From the human T2T-CHM13v2.0 reference genome, Homo sapiens, in NCBI RefSeq assembly GCF_009914755.1, contig NC_060934.1: a stretch of 64,000 bases of DNA; one strand, given 5' to 3'. The translations under genes and the position numbers were made by a program. Below, piece by piece: positions 39,701 through 60,191 of the stretch; within the stretch, counting starts at the first letter, position 1; each line of letters begins with the position of its first letter. The notes beneath the pieces were generated by a model, which saw only the letters and a program-made list of their open reading frames with translations, had not been told where the DNA came from and did not search any database.

Positions 39701-42700
39701 GCTTTTTGTTTAATTTATCTTTTGTAATTTTTTTTGTTTCAATTTCACTTAGTTATGTTTTGATCTTGGTTATTTCCTTTCTTCTCCTGGGTTTGGGTTT
39801 GGTTTGTTCTTAGTTCTCTAGTTCCTTGGGGTGCGACCTTAGAATGTCAGTTTGTGCTCTTTCAGTCTTTTTGATGTAGGCATTTAGTGCTATGAACTTT
39901 CCTCTTAGCACTGCCTCTGCTGTATCCCAAAGGTTTTGGTAGGTTGTCATTATTGTCATTCAGTTTGAAGAATTTTTTAATTTCCACCTTGACTTCGTTT
40001 TTGACCCAATACTCATTGAAGAGCAAGTTATTTAATTTCCATGTATTTGCATGGTTTTGAAGGTTCCTTTTGGAGTTGATTTCCAGTTTTATTCCACTGT
40101 GGTCTGAGAGAGTGCTTAATATAATTTCAATTTTCTTAAATTTATTGAGGCTCATTTTATGGCCTATAATATGGTATATCTTGGAGAAAGTTCCATGTGC
40201 TGTTGAATAGAATGTGTATTCTGCAGTTGTTGGATGAAATGTTCTGTATATATCTGTTAAGTCTACTTGTTCCAAGGTATAGTTTAAATCCATTGTTTCT
40301 TTGTTGACTTTCTGTCTTGATGGTCTGTCTAGTGCTGTCAGTGGAGTATTGAAGTCCTCCACTATTATTGTGTTGCTGTCTCTCATTTCTTAGGTCTATT
40401 AGTCATTGTTTTATAAATTTGGGAGCTCCAGTGTTAGGTGCATATATGTTTAGGACTGTGATATTTTCCTGTTGGACAAGGCCTTTTACCATTATATAAT
40501 GTCCCTCTTTGTCTCTTTTAACTGCTGTTGCTTTAAAGTTTGTTTTGTCTGATATAAGAATAGCTCCCCCTGCTTGCTTTTGGTGTCCATTTGCATGGAA
40601 TGGCTTTTTCCACCCCTTTACTTTATGTGAGTTTATGTGAGTCCTTATGTGTTAGGTGAGTCTCCTGAAAGTAGCAAATGGTTGGTTGGTGAGTTCTTAC
40701 CCATTCAGTGGTTCTGCATCTTCTAATGGAGCATTTAGGCCATTTACATCCAATGTTAGTATTGAAATGGGAGGTACAATTGCATTCATCATGCTCTTTG
40801 TTGCCTATATGCTTTGGTGTTTTTGTTTTGTTTTTGCTTTTTAACTTGTATTTTTGTTTTATAGGTCCTGTGAGATTTATGCTTTAAAGAGGTTCTGTTT
40901 TGATGTGTCTCCAGGATTTTTTTCAAGATTTAGAGCTCCTTTTAGCAGTTCTTGTAGTAGTGGTTTTGTAGTGGCGAATTTTCTCAGCATTTGTTTGTTT
41001 GAAAAAGACTGTATCTTTCCTTCATATATGATGCTTAGTTTCACTGGATACAAAATCCTGGGCTGTTAATTGTTTTGTATGAGGAGGCTGAAGATACAGC
41101 CCCAGTCTCTTCTAGCTTGTAGGGTTTCTGCTGAGAAATCTGCCGTTAATCTGATGAATTTTCCTTTATAGGTTACCTGGTGCTTCTGTCTCACAGCTCT
41201 TCAGATTCTTGCCTTTGTCTTAACTTTGGATAACTTGATGACAATGTGCCTAGCTGATGATCTTTTTGTGATGAATTTCCCAGGTGTTCTTTGTGCTTCT
41301 TGTATTTGGATGTCTAGGTCTCTAGCAAGGCCAGGGAAGTTTTCCTCGATTATTCCCCCAGATATGTTTTCCAAACTTTCAGAATTATCTTCTTCCTCAG
41401 GAACGCCAATTAGTCTTAGGTTTGGTCGCTTAACATGATCCCAGACTTCTTGGAGACTTCGTTCATATTTTCTCTTTTTTTTTTTGTCTTTGTTGGATTA
41501 ATTCAAAGACCTTGTCTTCAAGCTCTGAATTTCTTTCTTCTACTTGTTCATTTCTATTGCTGAGACTTTCCAGAGCATTTTACATTTCTAAAAGTGTGTC
41601 CAAAGTTTCCTGAATTTTTTATTTTTTCTGTAAGCCATCTATTTCCTTGAATGTTTCTCCTTTCACTTCTTGTATCGTTTCTTGGGTTTCCTTGCATTGG
41701 GCTTCACCTTCCTCTGGTGCCTCCCTGATTAGCTTAATAACTAACCTCCTGAATTCTTTTTCAGGTAAATCAGGGATTTCTTTTTGGTTTGGATCCATTG
41801 CAGGTGAACTAGTGTGATTTTGGAGGGTGTTGAAGAGCCTCATTTTGCATATTACCAGGATTGGTTTTCTGGTTCTTTCTCACGTGGGTAGCCTCTGTCA
41901 GAGGGAAGGTCTAGGGCTGAAGGCTGCTGTTCAGATTCTTTTGTCCTATAAGGTATTCCTTTGATGTAGTACTCTTCCCCTTTTCCTATGGATGTGGCTT
42001 CCAGTGAACTGAGCTACAGTGATTGTTATCTGTCTTCTGGGTCTAGCCACTCAGCAGGTCTATCCGGCTCCGGGCTGGTACTGGGGGTTGTCTGCACAGA
42101 ATCCTGTAGTATGAACCGTTTATGGGTCTCTCAGCCATACCACTGCCTGTTTCAGTGGATTTGGCAATGTCGGGGGTCGGGGGGGGGCGGGCGGCGCAAT
42201 GAACTCCGTGAGGGTTCTTAGCTTTGGTGGTTTAATGCTCAGTTTTTGTGCTAGTTGGCCTCCTGATAGGAGGTGGCACTTTCTAGAAAGCATCAGCTGT
42301 AGTAGTGTGGAAAGGGATCAGCAGTGGACAGGGCCCTAGAACTCCCAACATTATATGTCCTTTGTCTTCAGCTACCAGGGTGGGTAGTGAAGGACCATCA
42401 GGCGGGGGCGGGGTAGGCATGTCTGAGCTCAGACTCTCCTTGGGTGGGTCTTGCTGCAGCTGCTGTAGGGGATGGGGGTGAAATTCCCAGGTCACTGGAG
42501 TTGTGTACCTAGGAGGATTATGGCTGCCTCTGCTGAGTCATGCAGGTTGTCAGGGAAGTGGGGAAAAGCCAGCAGTCACTGTCCTCACCCAGCTCCCATG
42601 CAAACTGAAGGGCCGGTCTCACTCCCACTGTGCCCCCGAGTCCCCAACAACCCCTAGTCTGTTTCCAGGTGGTGGGCGAGAGGGGCTTGAAAACTTGCCC

Positions 42701-43308
42701 CAGGCTACCCAACTCCCAGCTGTGAAAGAAAAGGGCTTGGTTCTTCCCCTTCTGTGGAGTCTGCACACTGGGTTTGTACCCTCCCCCAAGTTCTGGCCAG
42801 GAGGCTTCTCACCCTATTCAAATTGTTACAAAGTTCAGCTAGAGCCTTCCTTCTCCCTGTGAAGTTTTGCTCCCTGCTCCTCTGGCCACCCTCCTGATGG
42901 AACCCTGTGGTGCCAGCAGGAATGACCTGCTTGGGGACCCAGCAAGCTCCTAGGGCCTTTCTGCTGCTTCCTCTACCCCTGTATTTCACTCGGCTCTCTA
43001 AACTGACTCAGCTCCAGGTAAGTAGGAAACTTCTGCAAACAGACCTTCAGCTTCTCCAGCAGGGGTGTGTGTTCAGAAGAGGAGGGTCTCCCTTTCCCAT
43101 TTCCTCAGTTGAAGTAGTCACAGTATTTGGGGTGTCTCCCAGGTCCTACAGGAGCAGTCTGCTTCCTTTAGAGGGTCTGTGGGTCCTCTCGGGATTGCTG
43201 AGTTCTTCTTGCAGTCGATCTGGAGCTAAAATTCACAATGCGAGCCTTCACACGCTGCTCTGTCCAGAGCTGCAGTCTAGTCCTGCCTCCCATCCACCAT
43301 GATGATCC
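36794..43308 (-). mobile_element. Near-full-length L1PB1-like LINE-1, inactive
   Basis: L1PB 3' UTR; fragmented EN/RT ORF2 (start near 40789, MNAIVPPISILTLDVNGLN); ORF1 relics; long 5' UTR; approximate TSD TGTGTTCTATTCCTT / TGTTTTCTATTCTTT. Confidence 0.93.
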
Positions 43309-43317
43309 CTGTTTTCT

Positions 43318-43619
<302 letters not shown>

Positions 43620-44054
43620 GATGATTCCTGTTTTCTATTCTTTAAGCAACTTGATGAGACTATGGAAGATAACGGGCACTTTAAAATCACAGACGTGTAT
43701 AATGAAGTCATGCCTCTAAAGATGAGGTCTAAAAGTCTGAAGAACGTGATATGAACCATTATGCATGTTCTTTATTTTTCCTTTCCCAGTTTTCCCACCG
43801 CTTTCCACATCTCATTCTAAAATTAAGAGACCTCAATAGCTCTTTTTAGAAGACTCTCACAAATTACTTTTCAGAGGAGAATTTCATATTTTAGACAACC
43901 CTACTTGCTCAAGTTAATCCAGAGCATTTCAAAGAGTCAAGGTCATCAACTATGTGCCCACCAATCTTAAGTTGCAAATAGCAGCTGTTCTATAGGAGTC
44001 ATCTATTTGAACACTGAACTCACGTGTATAAAATTTATTGTTAGTGCCACGAAA

Positions 44055-44690
<636 letters not shown>

Positions 44691-44966
44691 TAACATACCA
44701 ATGGGTTTGCTCTAACATACAGTTACTTATAGGCATAATAACTATTCTATGCTGAGGTAATAAGAATTATTAACAGCTGTGAACATGAGTTATTATAATT
44801 ATTACTTTTCATACTCAAATACAATGCTTTCCTCCAGCATCTTTCATATTTCCTCAATTTTAAGTTTCAGTATTTTTATATTTTAACTCCCTTGAAATCA
44901 GGATGAGTCTGATAATGGATAGCATGTCATAGTTTAATTAGCAGCATTCTTCTTTCTTTTTGGCAC

Positions 44967-45512
44967 AGGCAAAGATTCTCTCCATGATGAAACCCTAGCC
45001 AGGTTCCTCTGAGCACCCTTTTCAATGAGGCCTCAACCTGAGCCCATGAAGACTGGAAAACACTAACATAGTTTCCAACAACTCAAGCTTACATCCCTAA
45101 AATGACCCTATCCCCCTTTAAAGTTCCTGCCTGAGAAAACTCAAAGCTGCCCCCCCCGATTTTCTGTTTGTTCCAGCCATCAGCTGAGGATAGGGCCTCT
45201 GTCTCCCAGTCTCCATGGAAGGATCGCATTGTCACGTCCATAATTGCCAGCCAGCAGACACAGCTGGCCTGGTTGCATTTACACCAACTGAACCTTTGTA
45301 CTTCCACTTCCTTGACTCCACTGAGCCCCCACTCACCCCTTCCCCACTCCCTCATTCTCCCTTTAAAACTCCCAGTCACCTCTGTACAAATCCAAGTTGT
45401 ACATGTTGGATTTCAGTTCACACTGGACTCATTTTCCTATTGCCATAGTTATTACTGATTAAAACCTGTCTTTACCACTTTAACTCAGGTCCAGCTTTAT
45501 TTATATTTGACA
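44967..45512 (+). mobile_element. MER67/MER31-group ERV1 solo LTR
   Basis: CAAAGATTCTCTCC...CTGCCTGAGAAAACTCAA...TTTACCACTTTAACT...TTTGACA. Confidence 0.7.
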
Positions 45513-45554
45513 GTGTATAAAATAGTGACGTATCTTCAACTGATGGCATGCTGG

Positions 45555-45972
45555 AGTCCATGGCATGTAATGAATGTGATGGTCATTAGTGCCATTTACC
45601 CAACATTGGGTAAATATCTACCCCTTCTCCTGGATATGTGGTGCAATTGCCCTTGACTGCCCTACAGAAACTCACTGTGGCTGTGGGATTGACTTTGGGC
45701 AACAAAAAGTGGGCAGAAATTATGCTCCTTCCAGAATAATTCTTTCAGTACCTGTGATCTACATGTCCTTCAGTTACCATCATGGCCAGCAATGTCACTG
45801 TTGGTAGGGGCTCGGTCAGCCCATATTCCAGAGGAAAGGAAGTAAGGACAAGAGCCCCAGGTGCCCAAAAGGAACAGGAAACATGAGCAAGAAACCAAAT
45901 CTTTACTACCCTGAGGCACTGAGAAGGGAATGTTGTTACTGCAGCATAGCTTAGCCCATCCTAGCTAATGAA
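45555..45972 (+). mobile_element. MLT1I/J-like MaLR LTR
   Basis: CATGAGCAAGAAACCAAATCTTT...TTGTTACTGCAGCATAGCTTAGCCCATCCT. Confidence 0.65.
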
Positions 45973-46004
45973 GTGATGTTCAATGTGGGCCATTTCCCCT
46001 TTTA

Positions 46005-46985
<981 letters not shown>

Positions 46986-48192
46986 GCCAGAAGTTCAGCA
47001 AGTGGGTCTTTGTAGACCCTGGATATCCCTGAGATTCTTTCAGAGAGTCGGCAAGATCCAAACAATTTCATGGTGCTGCCACGATGCAATTTGACTTTCT
47101 CCATGCTGACATTTGCACTGATGGTGTAAAATGGTGGTGGGTAAAACTGCAGGTGCCTTAGCGACCACGGAAAGCCATGGTATCACATCCAACTGTGCTA
47201 CTCATCATTGTGTTCTTCACCACCCTGCACTCACAGAAAGGGAAAAAAGCCAGTTTCACTCAAGAAGTTTCTTGATGAAGTAAAAATCATGAATTTTATT
47301 TTGTCTCTACCAATAAAATCACACCTTTTAATACCCATTGTGACAAAATTGAGAACTACATGTAAAATATTTCTACTGCCTGCCATAGTACCATAGTTGT
47401 CTTGAATAAAATATCTTGTGCAATTATTTGAGTTGTACACTGAACTAGCCATTTTTTCATGGAACACTGCTTCTATTTGAAAGAATCTGACAAACTATGG
47501 TTATTCAGACTGGTAAACGATGGGAACTTCCTCCAGAGTGAATGAGGTAAGTGTGTCACTTCAAGGAAAATAACTGATATTATGCGTTGTCAATGATAAA
47601 ATTCAAGCTTTCAAGTAAAAATTAGATTTTGGAAAGTTTGCATATGCTACCGTGAGCTGTACAGCCTTCTAATATTTAAATACTTCCTAATGTGATCAGG
47701 GCTGATATTAACAAATGTAGTTGGTGATTGTGTCTAACGAAATGCATCAACATTTGGAAGAGCTGCCTAACTTAGGAAACTAGTATCTTCCAACTGGTTA
47801 GTTCATGATGTTACAAAACCATGCATTGGTAAAAGGCCTATTCAAAATACAAGATAGAAAAATTGTTTTTAATATAGCCAAGAATAATAAGTTCATCAAT
47901 ATCATTCTTTATTCCACATTGTATCTAACTTTTGGGAAACTATTACTTTCAAGTTTTTTTTTTTATTAAAAAATTTTTTTTTTTTTTTACTATACTTTAA
48001 GTTCTGGGATACATGTGCAGAATGTGCAGGTTTGTTACATAGGTATACATGTGCCATGGTGGTTTGCTGCACCCATCAACCCGTCACCTACATTAGGTAT
48101 TTCTCCTAATGCTATCCCTCCTCTTGCCCTCAACCTCCTGACAGGCTCCAGTGTGTGATGTTCCCCTCCCTGTGCCCATATGTTCTCATGAT

Positions 48193-52007
<3,815 letters not shown>

Positions 52008-52070
52008 TATGATGCTAGCTGGTTATTTTGCCCATTAGTTAATGCAGTTTCCTCATAGTGTTGGTGGTCT

Positions 52071-53087
52071 TTACATTTTGGTATGTTTTTGCAGTGGCTG
52101 GTACTGGTTTTTCCTTTCCATATTTAGTGCTTCCTTCAGGAGCTCTTGTAAGGCAGGCCTGGTGGTGACAGCATCCCTCAGCATTTGCTTGTCTGTAAAG
52201 GATTTTATTTCTCCTTCACTTATGAAGCTTAGTTTGGCTGGATATGAAATTACGAGTTGAAAATTCTTTTCTTTAAGAATGTTGAATATTGGTCCCCACT
52301 CTCTTCTGGCTTGTATGGTTTCTGTAGAGAGATCTGCTGTTATTCTTTGGGATCTTCCCTTTGTGGGTAACCCAACCTTTCTCTCTGGCTGCCTTTAACA
52401 TATTTTCCTGCATTTCATCCTTGGTGAATCTGACAATTATGTGTTTCAGGGTTGTTCTTCTCGAGGAGTATCTTTGTGGTGTTCTCTGTATTTCCTGAAT
52501 TTGAACGTTGGCCTGTCTTGTGAGGTTGGGGAAGTTCTCCTGGATAATATCCTGAAATGTGTTTTCCAACTTGGTTCCACTCTCCCTGTCACTTTCAGGT
52601 ACACCAATCAAATGTAGGTTTGGCCTTTTCCCACAGTCTCATATTTCTTGGAGACTCTGTTCATTTCTTTTCTTCTAATATTGTCTTCATACTTTATTTC
52701 ATTAAGTTGATATTCAGTCTCTGATATCCTTTCTTCCACTTAATCGATTCAGCTATTGATACTTGCCTATGCTTCATGAAGTTCTCGTGCTGTGTTTTTC
52801 AGCTCCATGAGGTCATTTATGTTCTTCTCTAAACTGGTTATTCTAGTTAGCAGTTCCAGTAACCCCTTATCAAGGTTCTTAGCTTCCTTGCATTGGGTTA
52901 GAACATGCTTCTTTAGCTCAGAGGAGTTTGTTATTACTCACCTTCTGAAGCCTACTTCTGTCAATTCATCAAACTCATTCTCCATCCAGTTTTGTTCCCT
53001 TACTGACGAGGAGTTGTGATCCTTTGGAGGAGAAGAGGCCTTCTGGTTTTTGAAATTCTCAGCCTTTTTGCACTAGTTTTTCCTCAT
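52071..53087 (-). pseudogene. Disrupted L1 ORF1
   Basis: MRKN*CKKAEN start (stop at codon 5); fragment IGVPESD...QENFPNL; ends QKHTKM*. Confidence 0.88.
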
Positions 53088-54565
53088 CTTCGTGGATTTA
53101 TCTACCTTTGATCTTTGATGTTGGTGACCTTTGAATGGGGTTTTTGTGTGGTCGTCCTTTGTGTTGATGTTGATGCTATTGCTTTCTGTTTGTTAGTTTT
53201 CCCTTTAACAGTCAGGCACCTCTTCTGCAGCTCTGCTGGAGTTTGCTGGAGGACCACTCCAGACCCTGATTGCCTGGGTATCACCAGCGGAGGCTGCAGA
53301 ACAGCAAAGATTGCTGCCTGCTCCTTCCTCTGGGAGTTTCATCCCAGAGGGGCACCTGCCAGATGCCAGCTGGAGCTCTCCTATATGAGGTTTCTGTCAA
53401 CCCCTGCTGGGAGGTGTCTCTCCATCAGGAGGCATGGGCATCAGGGACCCACTTGAGAAGGCAGCCTGTCCCTTAGCAGAGCTTGAGCATTGTGCTGGGA
53501 GACCCACTACTCTTTTCAGAGCCGTCAGGCAGGAACATTTAAGTCTGCTGAAGCTGCGCCCACAGCCACCCCTTCCCCCAGGTCCTCTGTCCCAGGGAGA
53601 TGGGAGTTTTATCTATAAGCCCCTGACTGGGGCTGCTTCCTTTCTTTCAGAGATGCCCTGCCCAGAGAGGAGGAATGTAGAGAGGTAGTCTGGCTACAGC
53701 AGCTTTGCTGAGCTGCAGTGGGCTCCACCCAGTCCGAATTTCCTGGCAGCTTTGTTTACACTGTGAGGGGAAAACCGCCTACTCAAGCCTCAGTAATGGT
53801 GGACGCCCCTCCCCCCACCAGGCTCGAGCATCCCAGGTTGACTTCAGACTGCTGTGCTGGCAGCGAGAATTTCAAGACAGTGGATCTTAGCTTGCTGCGC
53901 ATCATAGGGGTGGGATCCACTGAACAAGACCACTCAGCTCCCTGGCTTCAGCCCCCTTTTCAGGGGAGTGAATGGTTCTGTCTCACTGGCATCCCAGGTG
54001 CCACTGGGGTACAAAAAACTCCTGCAGCTAGCTCTGTGTCTGCCCAAATGGCCACCCAGTTTTGTGCTTGAAACCCAGGGTCCTGGTGGTGTAGGCACCC
54101 GAGGGAATCTCCTGGTCTTTGGGTTGTGAAGACCATGGGAAAAGCATACTATCTGGGCTGGATAGCACCATCCCTCACAGCACAGTACCTCATGGCTTCC
54201 CTTGGCTAGAGGAGGGAGTTCCCCAACCCCTTGCACTTCTCAGGTAAGGCGACACCCCACCCTGGTTCTGCTTGCCCTCCATGGGCTGCACCCACTGTCT
54301 AATCAGTCCCAGTGAGATGAACCAGGTCCTCAGTGCAGAAATCACCTGCCTTGTATATTGGTCTCACTGGGAGCTGCAGACTGGAGCTGTTCCTATTCGG
54401 CCATCTTGCCCAGGAATCTACTGTCCAGTTTTAATATAGTATAAAAGGAGAATATTCATACTTATCTGAAGAGACTATTAGAATAGTAGTCCTTTTTCCA
54501 AGTACACACCTCTGTGAAACCAGATTTTCCTCATATAGTTCAACCAAATATATCACAACATATTA

Positions 54566-54991
<426 letters not shown>

Positions 54992-55508
54992 TCAATAACT
55001 TTTATGAGTATTTTAGAACTGCTGCCCATGCCATATCCTTCTTAGTCAATACCATCATCATTCCATATACACACTGAGCTTTCCATTGGCTGCAAGAAGA
55101 AGGTTCCAGTTCTCACCTCCCAACCGAGAAAGGATAGCAGAGAGAAGCTAGGTGCTTGCAGAACTGGAGGCCCTGGAGACAAATTCTCAGCCTTGAGGCT
55201 TTCATACCAAATGGGCTTTGCTTATCTAAATCCGCACAGAACACTAGAAGCCATGTAGCAAACTACTTTATCCACACCATGGAGAGAACCTTGGTCTTCA
55301 CAGGTAAAAAGTCTCTGAAAAGCCATAGACAGCAGTCCTTGAGGGCCAATGAAAGGAGGATTTCCATGCCATGTCCTCACCCTAAGCTATCTCATCACCC
55401 TACTAACTTCCAACTTCTATCTTTAGAAAGATTTCTCAACATTGTACTGTCAGGCTGTCAAATCTCTTTCTGTTACCCCAGTGAAAAGGCAATAGAAATG
55501 GAAGACCA

Positions 55509-55850
55509 GGCCAGGTGTGGTGGTTCACACCTGTAATCCCAGCATTCTGGGAGGCCAAAGTGGGCGGATCATTTGAGGTCAGGAGTTTGAGACCAGCCTG
55601 ACCAAAATGGTGAAACCCCGTCTTTACTAAAAATACAAAAATTAGCCAGACGTGGTGGTGCACACCAGTAATCCCAGCTACTTGGGAGGCTGAGGCAAGG
55701 AGAATCGCTTGAACTCGGGAGACAGAGGTTGCAGTGAGCCAAGATTGCACCACTGCACTCCCGCCTGGGAGACAAAGTCAGATTGTGTCTCAACTAATTC
55801 ACTAAATAAATAAAGAAGTAAATAAATAAATAATTAAATAAAAACAAAAC
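55509..55850 (+). mobile_element. AluS with an (AAAT)n tail
   Basis: Dimeric Alu. Confidence 0.96.
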
Positions 55851-57350
55851 AATACCAATACCCAAAACCTGAAAATCCATTTCAGTTGTTAATGAAGTCT
55901 CCCCAGCCTCTGCCAAAAAGAGAATGGCATTGCCTGGCACTCCATAAGATGAGCAAACTCTCAAATTCCACTCCTCAAGGCAGCCACACCCTCCAAAGCC
56001 TCTTGCCTTTTTTATCAGGTTTTTCCTGCACGTTTCTTCTCCTTCCTCCCTCATAAAAAAAACCCACCAGCTCCTCTTGGCTTTAGGGCTCTATCTTTTC
56101 TCTGTATCTCTCCCATTTTCCTACATAATTCAGTCTCGTTTTCTTCCCTTCTCTTCTTCACTCATTACATAGATCAATACAGATCAATGAAACAGATCAA
56201 TGCAACAGAAACCTCAACACAAAAGTATCAGAGACTCCCCCTTTGAAGGAGAATGAGATAGGCTGAGAATACTAATATGCAAATCTTTTTGGACAAATCA
56301 CTTTCTTTTCTAACAGACAAATGGCATGCAACTCCAAAGTCTTTTATATTTTTTAAGTGGTTACCCATGAAAGGTGTTTCTAAATTTGGATTTCTTAAAT
56401 GAAATTCAGCCCCGTATCAGCTTTCACTGAGGGCTCTGCTTCAGTATTTTTCTTGACAGTATTGCTTCTCTGCTATTTCCTGTGCAAATAAGCACTTGGA
56501 ATTTTCAGGGACAATGCTTTGTCATTAATGCATTGTCAGTGTTGTCTTGAGTTGTTGTCGTTTGGGCCTGCTGCTATTATTCCGTTTTAATTAGAAATCT
56601 TTATTAGTTTGACTTCATCATTATCACTTTAATTTCTTGTGAGCTATTTGGTTTGTTATATAATGAGATGCCTATTAGCATCCATAGCATTTTTGGCCCA
56701 TAATTTTTCAGTGCTCAGATTTAGGACAATGTGTAATGGTACAAATATGAACCCTTCAAACTCCTATTGCTAAGATTTGTGAGATGTTATTATAGATAAT
56801 TATATAATGATAAGTATGCCACTTCTATTATTTTGTTGTTATATAAATAATCCCCTTGGAATGTCTTTGAACAGTGAAATTTTCTGGATGTTAGAAATGT
56901 TTCTTCAGCCGAGAAGTTGGAACAGGGCAGTTGGGAGTCACAGAGTTTGTGTCCCAAATAACTGATGTCAAAAATGTTTTAGATGCAATGATTTGTAGCA
57001 TATGTTGCTAATTGCTAAATCAAAATCTCTGGTCTGAATTTTCCTAAGCCCTGGTCCCATATATTCGCCATGTTCCAAAAGCAAACCCATCATTTCCCCA
57101 ATAAAAACCATCTTCCCTCTCCCCACATCTAATTGACCCTGTATAGCTATTCCAGTCTCAAGAGACAGCATGTACAAGTCACCCACTTACAGACCTGGCT
57201 CCTTCCTCTTCCCCAGTCTAAGTCCCATGAGTTCTGTCTCCTAGATATTTCTTAAACCCGTCCTTTTCTCCCCACCCCATCCTTTTCACAGGGTCATCAT
57301 GGGCCACTTCATCCTAGCTCTTGTCCAACACCTCTCAGTCTCTATGCCAG

Positions 57351-58190
57351 TGTATCTGCTTCCTAGGGCTGCCATAACCAAGTACTGGATGGCTTAAAAT
57401 AACAGAAATTTACACAGCTCTGGATGCTTGAAGTCTGAAATCAAGTTGTTGGCAGGGCCATGGTCTCTCTAAAGTTTCCTGGGGAGAATCTGTTTCATGC
57501 CTCTCTCTTAGCTTCTGGTGTTGCCAGCAGTCCTTGGTATTCTCGGCTTGTAGATGCGTCACTCCAGTTTCTGCTTCTGTCATCCCACAGCTTTCTCCCT
57601 ACATGTCTCTGTGTCTTCTGCTCTTATAAGGATATCAGTCATAGTGGATTAAGGGCCCACCCCACTCCAGTATGACTCCATCTGAACTAATTACATCTGC
57701 AAGAATCTTACTTCCAAATAAGTTTGCATTCTGAGGTTCTGAGAAGAGCATGCACCTTTGGGGAGTCACCATCTGCTATGGTTCAAATGTGTCGCCCAAA
57801 GTACATGTGTTGGAAACTTAATCCCCAGTGCAACAGTGTTGGGAGATGAGGCCTAACAAGAAGTGATTAGGTCATGAGGGCTCAGCCCTCACAAACAGGA
57901 TTAAAGTCATTATCACTAGAGTAGGTTAGTTATCACAAGAAAGGGTTGGGTGTAAAAGTGAGTTCAGCCCCCTCTAGCTTCTGGCTCCCTCACACATTCT
58001 CTTGCCCTCTCGCCTTCTGCTATGGACTGACACAGCACAAAGGCCCTTACCAGATGCCAGCCCTGGATCTTGGACTTCTCAACCTCCAGAATTGTAAGAA
58101 ATAAATATCTGTATTTATAAATTACCAGGTCTGTAGTTATTTTGTGATAGCAGCAAAAAATGGACTAAGACACTCTCCAACCCGGAGCAC
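57351..58190 (-). mobile_element. MLT1B/C-like MaLR LTR, interrupted by MST
   Basis: TGTATCTGCTTCCTAGGGCTGCCATAAC...GGATTAAGGGCCCACCCC. Confidence 0.8.
57774..58172 (+). mobile_element. MST (MSTC-like) MaLR solo LTR
   Basis: TGCTATGGTTCAAATGTGTC...AAATGGACTAAGACA. Confidence 0.85.
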
Positions 58191-58686
58191 CCATGACTGC
58201 AACTTCCTCTGACCAAAGGATAGGGGTTTCCTTGCTGTTTCCATTCTGGTTTGAAATCCAGTCTTCAACAAGTACTAAATTTCCATATGCAATTAGGTCT
58301 GTTTCCAGGTTTTTCTACTCTGTTCCATTGGTCAGTCTACCTAGACATGTACCAATTCCACACCATTTTATTTGTAGAGGCTTTATGATATGTTGTAATG
58401 TTTTACTTTTAGAGGCTTTATTGTACATTTAGCCTGTGCTCCCCACCCCTGCTGCTCATCTTCTTCCAGGTTCTCCTAGTAAATCTTCTGCATTTGTTGT
58501 TCTAAATAATTTTTAGAAGGTACTTGTCAAACTCAAATTAAAACAATAACTAGTGCTGATTTCTCTGGTTTATTGTGGTCAGAGAATGCTAGTTGTATTA
58601 TTTGTTTCTTTAAATTCATTTAAATCTTTTTTTATGGGATGATTTGATCCACTTTTTAAATGTCCTATGTATTTTAAAATAAAGTG

Positions 58687-58688
<2 letters not shown>

Positions 58689-58732
<44 letters not shown>
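58689..58732. repeat. (AT)22 microsatellite
   Basis: Uninterrupted AT dinucleotide run. Confidence 0.98.
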
Positions 58733-58735
<3 letters not shown>

Positions 58736-59189
58736 TTACCTTACACACGCTAATTAGATCTATCATATTCTCATTAACTTTTTTGTCCATGTGATATTCC
58801 TGCAATTGAGAGAGGTGGATTCTAATATTAATGTATTTAACAACTTCTTCTTGACTTTCTCATTGATTCTGCTTTATCAATAAAGCAGAGGTTTATTACT
58901 GGATGCCTAAATATTAATAACTGTAGTATATTCATTGTGAAGATTATAAACTATGTTTATCTCTTAAAATGCTTTCTGATCTGAATTCTACCTCACCAGA
59001 TACCAATCTTTCTTCCTTGAACTTTTATCCTTTTTATTTTATTTATGTATTATTTTACATAGTATAAGTTTGTCTATTCTTTAATTGTTAATGTCTCTGA
59101 ATCTCTTCATTTTAGGAGTGTCTTCTATGTAGAGCATTGTGCTGAATTTTTGTTTGGTAGCCAAAACTCTAAATCTTTTTCTTTTAATA

Positions 59190-59411
59190 GGGTAAGCCTT
59201 TCTCCTTCTCCTTCTCCTCCTCCTCCTTCTCCTTGTTCTTCCCCTTTCTCTCTCTCTCTCTCTCGTTCACTCTCTCAATCATTTTCTTTATTTTTCTTCT
59301 TTCTTGATGGGGTCTCACTATGTGGCCCAGGCTGGTCTCTCGGCCTCAAGTAATCCTCCTGCCTCAGACTATCAAAGTGCTGGGATTACAGGCATGAGCC
59401 ACCACACCTGG
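59190..59411 (-). mobile_element. FLAM/AluJ monomer with a CT-rich tail
   Basis: GATGGGGTCTCACTATGTGGCCCAGGCTGG...CATGAGCCACCACACCTGG. Confidence 0.85.
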
Positions 59412-59480
59412 TACATTTGCTATTATTATCAGTATATTTTGTCTCAGTTCTGTTATATTATATGCTTATGAGTATATATA

Positions 59481-59633
59481 CAGATACTCCTTGACTTATG
59501 ATGGAGTTATGTCCAGATAAACCTATAATAAGTCAAAAATATTGTTAAATTGAAAATGCATTTAATACCAAAGAATATCCACAGAAAAGTCAAAAAATTT
59601 TAAGTTGAACCATTACAAATTGGGGACCATCTA
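59481..59633. mobile_element. Tigger4 (Zombi) short derivative
   Basis: CAGATACTCCTTGACTTATGATGG...TGGGGACCATCT termini flanked by TA. Confidence 0.8.
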
Positions 59634-59649
59634 TAAATACGTATATATG

Positions 59650-60191
<542 letters not shown>

